Of a stretch of DNA of 64,000 bases, positions 10,583 through 18,886 are shown in pieces. Source of the DNA: an uncultured Bacteroidales bacterium (lineage in GTDB: Bacteria; Bacteroidota; Bacteroidia; Bacteroidales; B18-G4); NCBI GenBank assembly GCA_964508895.1, contig CAZDWF010000002.1, forward strand, positions 2,645 through 66,644. The letters are read 5' to 3'. Below the pieces are notes generated by a model. It made no database searches. It was given only the letters and a program-made list of their open reading frames with translations, and was not told the DNA's origin. The position numbers and the translations under genes were made by a program. Within the stretch, counting starts at the first letter, position 1. The number at the start of each line of letters is the position of its first letter.

Positions 10583-11030
10583 TTAATATTTGTCAGGATA
10601 GGGTATTCGGAGTAAAAATCCAAAACTAACAATGATCCCTGATAGATCCAATTCTGACCTGTTGGCTGTCCACCCATTGTACGTGTCAACATCCATTGAA
10701 CCCATCATGTAGTCAACAGAGAAAACAAAATTAGCGGATTTCCCAACAGATATAGTAGGGCCAAATGTATAACCAAGAAAACTGTCAAACTTCACGTCAT
10801 TGTCATCAGTAAAACCACCATCTGGTGCCCAGGTGAAGCTTCCGAACATAGGGCCTCCATGCATGCCAATTGTAAAAACAGTAGCAGGTCTGAAACGTAC
10901 AGCTATATCTCCTCTGTATGTGGGCCCGTAAAAGGCATTGTTATATAGGAATCCACCGCCTCCTGTTATCTCAATAAATACAATTGAAGTGTTGATAGAA
11001 ACACCAAAATTCATGTGTGGTGTATATGAA
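10583..11030 (-). pseudogene. 5'-truncated copy of the beta-rich secreted protein gene (13199-13846), cut at the duplication junction
   Basis: Translation is identical to the C-terminal 143 aa of 13199-13846. Identity ends at the junction near 11031. No signal peptide or native start remains. Confidence 0.8.
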
Positions 11031-11066
11031 GAGATGCAATTAAAGATAAACTTGAAAAGGTGAAAG

Positions 11067-12362
11067 ATGAGTAATATGTTTCCAAAAATTGAATATCAGA
11101 GTCGTGATAACATCTCTGATTATCAAAATGAAAGATTGCCGGAGTTTTTAAGCTATTTGCAAAATAATTCAACATTTTATAAAAAGCATTTCAGGAAATA
11201 TAAAGTTGATATTTTGAAAATAAAAAGTATTTCAGATCTTTCTATAATTCCTGCTACTACTAAAGATGATCTGTATAAGTTTAATCAGGATTTTATTTGC
11301 GTGCCAGCTGAAAAAATCATAGATATTGTTACAACTTCAGGAACACTGGGTGATCCGGTTACTTTTGTGATGACAGACAAAGACCTTGATAGGCTAGCAT
11401 ACAATGAATACGTTTCCTTCTTATGTGCCGGAGGCAGTAAAGATGATATTTACCAGCTGATGACTACTATCGACAGAAGGTTTATGGCAGGATTGGCATA
11501 TTTCCTGGGCGCAAGGAAACTTGGTGCAGGTATTGTTCGCGTAGGAAATGGCATGCCTGAGCTGCAATGGGATACTATAAACAGAGTAAAACCAAATTCA
11601 TTTATTACAGTTCCTTCATTTTTACTTAAGCTGATTGAATGGGCAGAGGAAAATGGAATAGATTATAAATCTGCTTCTGTTGAAAAGGCCATTTGTATTG
11701 GTGAACCCTTGAGAAACCCGGATTTTTCGTTGACAACACTTGGAGAAAAGATCAAAGAAAAATGGGATATTAAACTATACTCAACTTATGCATCAACTGA
11801 GATGGCGACCGCATTCACTGAATGTGAATATGCATGTGGTGGTCACCATCATCCTGAATTGATTATCGTTGAATTTCTTGATGAAAATGACAATCCTGTT
11901 AAAGAAGGAGAGGCCGGTGAAGTTACAATCACTACTTTGGGTGTGGAAGGTATACCTTTATTAAGGTTTAAAACAGGAGATATTTGCTATCACTTTAACG
12001 ACCCATGTAAATGTGGTAGAACAACAATGAGGTTAGGACCTGTCATAGGACGTATGAAACAAATGATCAAGTTTAAAGGTACTACTCTTTACCCCCCTGC
12101 ATTGTACGATATATTGGATAATATTCCGGAAATCCGCCATTATGTTGTGGAAGTTTATACTAATGATATAGGAACTGATGAGATAATGATCCGTATTGAT
12201 ACTAAAGAAATGAGTGCTGATTTTGAAAAAAGACTTAAGGACCATTTCAGGGCAAAATTGCGCGTGGCACCAGTAATCAGCTTTGAAAGTCAGAAAGATA
12301 TTGAAAAGATAAAGTTCCCTGAAGAAAATAGAAAAGCTATTAGCTTTATTGATAGAAGGTAG
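11067..12362 (+). CDS. Phenylacetate-CoA ligase-like adenylate-forming enzyme, copy B (identical to 8451-9746)
   Basis: 431 aa, residue-identical to copy A. Offset is exactly 2616 nt. Confidence 0.8.
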   Translation: MSNMFPKIEYQSRDNISDYQNERLPEFLSYLQNNSTFYKKHFRKYKVDILKIKSISDLSIIPATTKDDLYKFNQDFICVPAEKIIDIVTTSGTLGDPVTFVMTDKDLDRLAYNEYVSFLCAGGSKDDIYQLMTTIDRRFMAGLAYFLGARKLGAGIVRVGNGMPELQWDTINRVKPNSFITVPSFLLKLIEWAEENGIDYKSASVEKAICIGEPLRNPDFSLTTLGEKIKEKWDIKLYSTYASTEMATAFTECEYACGGHHHPELIIVEFLDENDNPVKEGEAGEVTITTLGVEGIPLLRFKTGDICYHFNDPCKCGRTTMRLGPVIGRMKQMIKFKGTTLYPPALYDILDNIPEIRHYVVEVYTNDIGTDEIMIRIDTKEMSADFEKRLKDHFRAKLRVAPVISFESQKDIEKIKFPEENRKAISFIDRR

Positions 12363-12401
12363 TGTTTAGCCATTAGTGTTTAGTAATATTATTGATTATA
12401 T
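12360..12401. repeat. Heptad array TAGNNNN (duplicate copy)
   Basis: Identical to 9744-9785 and lies inside duplication copy B. Confidence 0.75.
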
Positions 12402-12521
12402 TTGATCTGGTATTTTGTTGATCATTTATTAATTCTATAAGCACTCAATAATAATAGATTATTAGCTCACTGCCAATACCCCAATAACTATCTGTTAAAA
12501 TCGAACATAAACATCAATATT

Positions 12522-13145
12522 ATGAAAAAATTAATTCTAATTCTCGCTTTGGTACTTTATTTTGCACCAACAGCTTTCAGTCAAAATGTGACAAATATAT
12601 TTAACTTAAGCAGCTGTACCTGGTACGGACTGGATTTTTCAAAGGTCAAACTGATAGGTTCTGAAGGATTTAATGATACCCAGGCCATCAAAGATCAGTT
12701 TTTTAGTTCCTGGAATTACCTGGTACTTAATGAACCTGAAAAATATAACATCGGAAAAGCTTTTAATAAACAAAATGTAGATTATTACCTCGATGTTATT
12801 AATGAAAGGAACAAGTTGCCTGAGATAGATGATCTGGTTACAGCTGACAATAATTACAGTATTTCTGAGGATGAAGTGAAATCAATAATTAGTGAGTATA
12901 GATCTGAGGGTAAATCAGGTATGGGAATAGTTTTCATTATGGAATCCTTTAATAAATATATAGAGGAAGGGACCATGTGGGTTACTTTTTTTGATATAGA
13001 AAGCAGAAAGGTTTTATTTGCTGATAAACTTTCAGGAAAAGCAGGTGGCTTTGGTTTCAGGAATTATTGGGCTAAAACATATTATAATGTAATAAAGGAA
13101 GTTGAGAAAAAGAAATACAAACAGTGGAGAAAGCAATTTGAGTAA
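12522..13145 (+). CDS. Secreted hypothetical protein, copy B (identical to 9906-10529)
   Basis: 207 aa, residue-identical to copy A. Confidence 0.6.
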   Translation: MKKLILILALVLYFAPTAFSQNVTNIFNLSSCTWYGLDFSKVKLIGSEGFNDTQAIKDQFFSSWNYLVLNEPEKYNIGKAFNKQNVDYYLDVINERNKLPEIDDLVTADNNYSISEDEVKSIISEYRSEGKSGMGIVFIMESFNKYIEEGTMWVTFFDIESRKVLFADKLSGKAGGFGFRNYWAKTYYNVIKEVEKKKYKQWRKQFE

Positions 13146-13150
13146 AAAAG

Positions 13151-13186
13151 AAAAGGCTGTCTTGAAATAAATCAGGACAGCCTTTT
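13151..13186. terminator. Bidirectional hairpin (duplicate copy)
   Basis: Identical to 10535-10570. Confidence 0.6.
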
Positions 13187-13198
13187 TATTACTATTCT

Positions 13199-13846
13199 TT
13201 AATATTTGTCAGGATAGGGTATTCGGAGTAAAAATCCAAAACTAACAATGATCCCTGATAGATCCAATTCTGACCTGTTGGCTGTCCACCCATTGTACGT
13301 GTCAACATCCATTGAACCCATCATGTAGTCAACAGAGAAAACAAAATTAGCGGATTTCCCAACAGATATAGTAGGGCCAAATGTATAACCAAGAAAACTG
13401 TCAAACTTCACGTCATTGTCATCAGTAAAACCACCATCTGGTGCCCAGGTGAAGCTTCCGAACATAGGGCCTCCATGCATGCCAATTGTAAAAACAGTAG
13501 CAGGTCTGAAACGTACAGCTATATCTCCTCTGTATGTGGGCCCGTAAAAGGCATTGTTATATAGGAATCCACCGCCTCCTGTTATCTCAATAAATACAAT
13601 TGAAGTGTTGATAGAAACACCAAAATTCATGTGTGGTGTATATGAAGATCCTCCGCTTATCTCATCATATCTTATAGACCAGAAGGTTCCGCTTCCTGTA
13701 TTTGATACCTGGAACCCATCCATGTTAATACTAACCAGGAAGCTGGCCGGACTTACATTCATGATGAAACTAACAGGAGATTGAGCTGAAACAGAATTGA
13801 CAAAAAGAAAGGAACAAATGATAAAAGTGGCAAATAACTTTTTCAT
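13199..13846 (-). CDS. Secreted beta-strand-rich protein, possible outer-membrane beta-barrel
   Basis: Likely start is the ATG at 13846, giving signal peptide MKKLFATFIICSFLFVNSVSAQ. Gly/aromatic-rich alternating pattern. The ORF-track start at 13915 lies in a poly-A/heptad tract. Confidence 0.55.
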   Translation of the reverse strand: MKKLFATFIICSFLFVNSVSAQSPVSFIMNVSPASFLVSINMDGFQVSNTGSGTFWSIRYDEISGGSSYTPHMNFGVSINTSIVFIEITGGGGFLYNNAFYGPTYRGDIAVRFRPATVFTIGMHGGPMFGSFTWAPDGGFTDDNDVKFDSFLGYTFGPTISVGKSANFVFSVDYMMGSMDVDTYNGWTANRSELDLSGIIVSFGFLLRIPYPDKY

Positions 13847-13892
13847 ATCAGATAAATTTGGATTAACAAGTTTTTTATAAAAATAAAAAAAA

Positions 13893-13927
13893 AAGATACA
13901 AGATGCAAGATACAAGATGCAGTTGCA
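13893..13927. repeat. Heptad array AAGATRC
   Basis: Units: aagatac aagatgc aagatac aagatgc agttgca. Lies in a divergent promoter region. Confidence 0.75.
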
Positions 13928-14038
13928 AGTAAATGTTTATATTTTTTATTAAATTTACTGATAGCAAATTCTCCAATTATTTTTACTATTTTTAACACAA
14001 TGGAAGTTGTGAATATTAATTAAATAAAACTTGGAATT

Positions 14039-14647
14039 ATGAAGAAGCTTATAGTTGTATTACTGTGTGTTATTGCATTTGTGTTTAGTTCAAACGCTCA
14101 AAAGGTCAAAGTTAAACAGGGAGATCTCAACTTTTTAAAAGGTCAAACAGAACTACATGTGAAGTTTGTTTACGATAATTTGGGAGTGGGAAAGTTTGAC
14201 AAAGAAGAGGACTATGTTAATAAAAAAGTTAGGGATTATAATAAGAAAGAACCAGGAAGAGGTGATGCCTGGCATAAAGCATGGATTGCTGACAGGGACG
14301 AGCATTATGAAGTAAAATTTGAAGAATTAATGAATGAATACCTTGATAAGATCAACCTCCAGATTGGTAATCATTATACTGATGCAAAGTATACTTTGAT
14401 TTTCGATACTTATTTTATAGAGCCGGGATATAATATTGGTATAAGCAGGAGAAATGCATATATATCTGCTAAAGCCATTTTTGTGGAAACAGCAAACCCT
14501 GATAAAATTTTATGTATCATCGATTTGATCAAGGCTCCCGGAAGAACATACGGCGGTAGTGATTATGACACAGGAGTTCGTATTGGTGAAGCCTATGCAA
14601 AATGTGGTAAAACTTTTGCAGGTTTTATTTTGAAAAAGCTTAAGTAG
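14039..14647 (+). CDS. Secreted hypothetical protein
   Basis: Signal peptide MKKLIVVLLCVIAFVFSSNAQ. No diagnostic motif. Confidence 0.55.
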   Translation: MKKLIVVLLCVIAFVFSSNAQKVKVKQGDLNFLKGQTELHVKFVYDNLGVGKFDKEEDYVNKKVRDYNKKEPGRGDAWHKAWIADRDEHYEVKFEELMNEYLDKINLQIGNHYTDAKYTLIFDTYFIEPGYNIGISRRNAYISAKAIFVETANPDKILCIIDLIKAPGRTYGGSDYDTGVRIGEAYAKCGKTFAGFILKKLK

Positions 14648-14693
14648 TATTTTACTAACTTTGCCACTTCTATTATTTTAAATAGAGGTATTC

Positions 14694-15821
14694 ATGACAG
14701 ATATTGAATTAAAACCTTATTCAGAACAGGAAGTTCCTGAAATAATGAAACGTATTGTTTCGGATGAAAACTTTCCTGTATTGATTCCCTATGCTTTTCC
14801 CGACAGAGAAGTATCTGAAATTGCAGATATTTTACTAAGCTGTAAATCAACAAGAGATTTCCAGAGGAGGTTTATGGCTAATATGATACGATCAATTGTA
14901 CAAAGAAGCTCAACGGATTATACAACCAGCGGAACTGAAAATATTGATCCTGAAAAATCATATCTATATATAGGAAACCACAGGGATATTATTCTCGATT
15001 CAGGAATGTTACAGGTTTTGCTTATTGACCTTGATCTTGAAACCAGCGAAATGTCGATCGGGAAAAACCTGATGGTTAACGATCTTATTTCAGACCTGGG
15101 TAAAGCAAATAAAATGATCCCTGTTGAAAGGAGCGGAACAGCCAGGGAGCTACTGCGATCGTCTTCAGTGCTTTCTAATTATATCAGGAAGTCGGTTACA
15201 GAAAAAGGTATGTCGGTATGGATTGCTCAGAGAAATGGAAGGGCTAAAGACGGAAATGATAGAACTGAAAGTGCCCTTTTAAAAATGCTTAATATGAGTG
15301 GCAAGGGCAGCATTGTTGATGATTTCAAAGACCTGAATATTGTCCCTGTAAGCACATCTTATGAGATAGAACCATGCGATGTTCTTAAGGTTCAGGAAAT
15401 TTATGAGACAACCAAGGGGCAGTATGTGAAAAAACCAGGGGAAGATACTAAGAGTATGGCTACCGGATTAATCCAGCCCAAAGGCAAAATCCATATGAGA
15501 ATTGGTAATGTTATTAATTATAAACTATCTGATATTGATAATAAGAAAAACATCAATGAGAGCTTTAATGCATTATCAGGAATAATTGATAAAGAAATAT
15601 ACAGGAACTATAAGCTATGGCCTTCCAATTATGTTGCATATGATATGCTATTTGGTGAGAGATTTAAAGATCAGTATACTTCTGAGGAAAAATCTTCTTT
15701 CCTGGAATATTATAATGCCAGCCTTGGCAAACTTATTGGAGAAAGAGAAAAGCTATCGGATCACTTCCTGAAAATGTACTCTTTTCCTGTTATCAATAAA
15801 ATTGAATCAGGACTTATTTAA
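14694..15821 (+). CDS. PlsC-family glycerolipid acyltransferase
   Basis: HX4D acyltransferase motif GNHRDIILD and a downstream AQRNGRAKDG block. Confidence 0.65.
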   Translation: MTDIELKPYSEQEVPEIMKRIVSDENFPVLIPYAFPDREVSEIADILLSCKSTRDFQRRFMANMIRSIVQRSSTDYTTSGTENIDPEKSYLYIGNHRDIILDSGMLQVLLIDLDLETSEMSIGKNLMVNDLISDLGKANKMIPVERSGTARELLRSSSVLSNYIRKSVTEKGMSVWIAQRNGRAKDGNDRTESALLKMLNMSGKGSIVDDFKDLNIVPVSTSYEIEPCDVLKVQEIYETTKGQYVKKPGEDTKSMATGLIQPKGKIHMRIGNVINYKLSDIDNKKNINESFNALSGIIDKEIYRNYKLWPSNYVAYDMLFGERFKDQYTSEEKSSFLEYYNASLGKLIGEREKLSDHFLKMYSFPVINKIESGLI

Positions 15822-17289
15822 CAATTTTACTCTTATCGATTTTGGGCTCTGCCTTTTTATACTTATCCCAAATACTGAAAATTGATTGTGCTATTTCAGT
15901 ATTGTTGATGTATGCATTACGGTTGTAATCAGTTTCATCAGCATAACGCAGGAATAATTCACTGCCTGGTCCTTTTGCAAAAAATGGAATTAAATGATTG
16001 GTATGGTTTCTACTGAGAAACTGATGACCAGGAAGCTTCCCTTTTCCATTATTTTCTACCTGGTAATTTTTTGGAAGATCATCTCCGGGATAATCTGGTC
16101 CGACAAGGTAACCGGTTTCATGATCTCCTGTCACGATAAGCAATGTTTCATCCCAGCTGCTGTTTTCTTCTATCCATTTAATGACTGCTTTAACGGAATT
16201 GTTAAAATCATCCTCTTCTTCAATAACCCTTTCAATCATATTTCCATGTCCTGCCCAATCTACAGCACCCCCTTCTATCATTACAAGAAATCCATTCTTG
16301 TTGTTGCCTAATACGTTTAAAGCAGCTTGAGTCATATCTTTCAGTGTAGGTACATTTTTGTTGAAAGCAAGTTCGAAAGGCATGGTCTCATCCGTCCTTA
16401 AGTTCATTCGTCTCAATCCTTGCAGTGTAGAATGTGCATTAGGTATTCCTATTAATCTTTTAGGAGCTTTTCCTTCAGCCAGGTTTACAAATTCAATGCT
16501 ATCAGAAATTAATACCCATGGATCAGGATTGCCATCACCATCAATATCCTGCACAATATTATTTTCGTTTATTGTTGTGGAATCAAATTGAGCCACTCCA
16601 TTTTTTAAATTGTTCCACGTACCTATTCCTCCGACATGATCTGCCTCTATAATAGTATCTGAATGTTCTGCATTATCATTATAATAGGGATGTCCACATC
16701 CCATAATCACACTAAATTTACTGTCGATGATCATTTCATTTGCTATTTGAGAGTAATTATAACGACTGATATTATGAGCTCCCAAACATGCTGGAGTAGC
16801 GTGAGAAAGAGGAACAGAGCTTACAACTCCAACAGATTTTCCCAACTCAATTGCACGGTCTGCAATGCTTCTTAAATAGGATGAATCAATATCTACTCCA
16901 ACAGCTTTCATTGCAGCTTTTTTTCCTGTGTACATTGAAGTTGCAGCAGCAGCAGATCCTGTAAATCCCTGTTTTACATATTCCTGATCAGTCCATGCAG
17001 GTTCAGAGATATATCCTGTATGATAATTCTTAAGATCATTACTTCCTTGAATTTTAGAAGTAATTGCAGGGTATGTACTCATAAACAAATTCACATCAAA
17101 TTTTTGATATGCTTGAGATTCAGCTACCCCATCCATGAAATAATTAGTTGCCAGAATATGATTTTCACCACAGCCATCACTGATCATCAGGATTATATTT
17201 TTAGGATAAGTTTGAGTTTTTTCAGCATATTTTTCGCAGGATGCCAGAAAACTTAAAGCTAGTATAAGAAACAGAAATTTTTTAATCAT
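15814..17289 (-). CDS. Alkaline phosphatase family lipoprotein
   Basis: Lipoprotein signal LALSFLASC. PhoA-family blocks MISDGCG, TGSAAAATSMYTG, VTGDHETG and GHQF..NHTN. Confidence 0.8.
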   Translation of the reverse strand: MIKKFLFLILALSFLASCEKYAEKTQTYPKNIILMISDGCGENHILATNYFMDGVAESQAYQKFDVNLFMSTYPAITSKIQGSNDLKNYHTGYISEPAWTDQEYVKQGFTGSAAAATSMYTGKKAAMKAVGVDIDSSYLRSIADRAIELGKSVGVVSSVPLSHATPACLGAHNISRYNYSQIANEMIIDSKFSVIMGCGHPYYNDNAEHSDTIIEADHVGGIGTWNNLKNGVAQFDSTTINENNIVQDIDGDGNPDPWVLISDSIEFVNLAEGKAPKRLIGIPNAHSTLQGLRRMNLRTDETMPFELAFNKNVPTLKDMTQAALNVLGNNKNGFLVMIEGGAVDWAGHGNMIERVIEEEDDFNNSVKAVIKWIEENSSWDETLLIVTGDHETGYLVGPDYPGDDLPKNYQVENNGKGKLPGHQFLSRNHTNHLIPFFAKGPGSELFLRYADETDYNRNAYINNTEIAQSIFSIWDKYKKAEPKIDKSKIVK

Positions 17290-17345
17290 AGTTCCGGGGT
17301 TTTTGTAAAATTACATATTTCTAATGACCAAATATTCAAATATTT

Positions 17346-18101
17346 CTAAAACAGATAAGGAATAAATACTTTCCGCTTTCCAGGATAGTCAGGAAATCTC
17401 TCTTTATACCACTTATGATGACTTATAGCCCTTGGAATTAGATTGGCTGCAGTCCATACTGCAAAGGAAACACCTGCAATATTCCACATCATAATCGCAT
17501 AGCCAACCCATTCAATGATCTCTCCAAAATGGTTAGGACAGGATACTTTGTTAAAAAGACCACCGTAAGGAATTTGATATTTGCAAGGATCACTTTTCCG
17601 GAGGTTTATAAGTTTGCTGTCCGCACTAATATTGATTGCAGCTCCAATAAAAAATACAATTGCACCAGCAATAAATGGAATGGAGTAGATCCAACTATCC
17701 GCATAATCAGCAAAATTACCCAGGAAGTAACCCAGTATAAAGCCATTTACAAGATTGAAGAAGATAGCCAGCATCACTATTAAAATTGGCATTTTCTTGC
17801 CTCTGGTTTTAAGCCTGAAGGGGAAAATAAATACTCTGTGAATATAGTGTAGTGTATAGATTCCATAAAATATCCAGGATAGAAGTGCTTTTTCTGCATT
17901 TCCGGTAAAAAAGAAAATACCTGGAACTATCAAAGCAGGAAGCTCCATAATAAACCATCCCATCTTATTATTGATCATCGGACCCCAGCCTGACTTTGTA
18001 TGCCGACCATAAGGAGCAGGAATTTTGAGTAAAAGCAGGAAAGTAAGTATACCTATACCAATCCAGATCCAGATAATTATATGAAATGTACTTTGTGTCA
18101 T
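17346..18101 (-). CDS. 3-oxo-5-alpha-steroid 4-dehydrogenase (steroid 5-alpha-reductase/DUF1295) family membrane protein
   Basis: Polytopic hydrophobic protein with C-terminal family signature HHKWYKERFPDYPGKRKVFIPYLF. Start moved to the ATG at 18101, because the longer ORF runs into the inverted repeat of the neighbouring cassette. Confidence 0.65.
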   Translation of the reverse strand: MTQSTFHIIIWIWIGIGILTFLLLLKIPAPYGRHTKSGWGPMINNKMGWFIMELPALIVPGIFFFTGNAEKALLSWIFYGIYTLHYIHRVFIFPFRLKTRGKKMPILIVMLAIFFNLVNGFILGYFLGNFADYADSWIYSIPFIAGAIVFFIGAAINISADSKLINLRKSDPCKYQIPYGGLFNKVSCPNHFGEIIEWVGYAIMMWNIAGVSFAVWTAANLIPRAISHHKWYKERFPDYPGKRKVFIPYLF

Positions 18102-18149
18102 TCGTGGAATTTTATTCAAATGTAAGAAAAAGTGATGTGATGAAGTTTT

Positions 18150-18186
18150 TAACCGCAATAGACGCAAAGGAAGGCGCAATGGACGC
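18150..18186. repeat. Left 37-bp inverted repeat of the GxxExxY cassette
   Basis: The sequence taaccgcaatagacgcaaaggaaggcgcaatggacgc matches the reverse complement of 18578-18614 at 36/37 positions. Confidence 0.85.
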
Positions 18187-18563
18187 TATAGATTTAGTGC
18201 AATACGTCGAACGCCTTGTTTCATAAGTGCAACGTTAAAATTGATAAGTAATCCAAGTTTACAATTTGAGAGTTTCAGATATGTTAAGACTTGAGCTAGA
18301 TGTACATCATTAATAGCCTCAACTGATTTTACTTCGATTACTACTTTATGTTCAACTAATAAATCAACTCTATAGCCAATTTCCATTACTACATTTTCAA
18401 AAACCAAGGGCAATGACTTTTGTTTCTCAACATAGAGGTTTGATTGCTTTAATTTATAAAATAGGCATTCCTCATAAGAGCTTTCAAGTAATCCTGGTCC
18501 TAAAGCTTTATGAATTTCAAGAGCGGCGAAGTATGTTATTCTGGATATTTCATTTTCATTCAT
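18186..18563 (-). CDS. GxxExxY protein (PD-(D/E)XK-fold family typical of 23S rRNA intervening sequences)
   Basis: Signature GPGLLESSYEECL (GxxExxY). About 125 aa from the ATG at 18563. The track start at 18584 is a TTG inside the flanking repeat. Confidence 0.8.
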   Translation of the reverse strand: MNENEISRITYFAALEIHKALGPGLLESSYEECLFYKLKQSNLYVEKQKSLPLVFENVVMEIGYRVDLLVEHKVVIEVKSVEAINDVHLAQVLTYLKLSNCKLGLLINFNVALMKQGVRRIALNL

Positions 18564-18577
18564 ATTATGAACTCTTT

Positions 18578-18614
18578 GCGTCAATTGCGCCTTCCTTTGC
18601 GTCTATTGCGGTTA
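18578..18614. repeat. Right 37-bp inverted repeat of the GxxExxY cassette
   Basis: Sequence gcgtcaattgcgccttcctttgcgtctattgcggtta. Confidence 0.85.
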
Positions 18615-18790
18615 AGTATTTTATCATTACTTTATTATTTTAGTATTAATGTGTTCCGGTAGAACCTGAATCATTTTTAGTATATTATTATAACGTATAA
18701 ATAAACAAGCACTTAAGAAGAAAATTCAGTTATTGATTATTGTGGAATAATGATAGTTTTGTTAGCAATAGGATCAGATCATTGCACGAA

Positions 18791-18825
18791 TCTGTTCACT
18801 ATTCACCATTCACTATTCACTTTTT
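18791..18825. repeat. Heptad array ACNATTC
   Basis: Units: tctgttc actattc accattc actattc acttttt. Lies upstream of gatE. Confidence 0.7.
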
Positions 18826-18886
18826 TAGTACATTTGGCACTTCTAATTTTCAATCTTGTTTTACACAACGATTAGTCATTTATTTC

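Larger units (their letters stand above)
8417..11032. repeat. Tandem duplication, copy A (2,616 bp)
   Basis: Matches 11033-13648 at a constant offset of 2616. All ORF translations and all compared intergenic stretches are identical. Confidence 0.9.
11033..13648. repeat. Tandem duplication, copy B (2,616 bp)
   Basis: See copy A. The breakpoint is ambiguous by 2 nt because of a shared GA. Confidence 0.9.

Noticed and set aside
18150-18614. IVS-type genes (GxxExxY, and the four-helix bundle at 52337-52699) taken as evidence for a nearby 23S rRNA gene.
   Set aside because: No rRNA-like sequence flanks either cassette. Both lie between ordinary protein-coding genes.
18740-18886. 49-codon N-terminal extension of gatE given by the ORF track.
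   Set aside because: The extension runs through the heptad array and promoter-like AT-rich DNA. GatE homology begins after the ATG at 18887 (MKKLDPKQ...).
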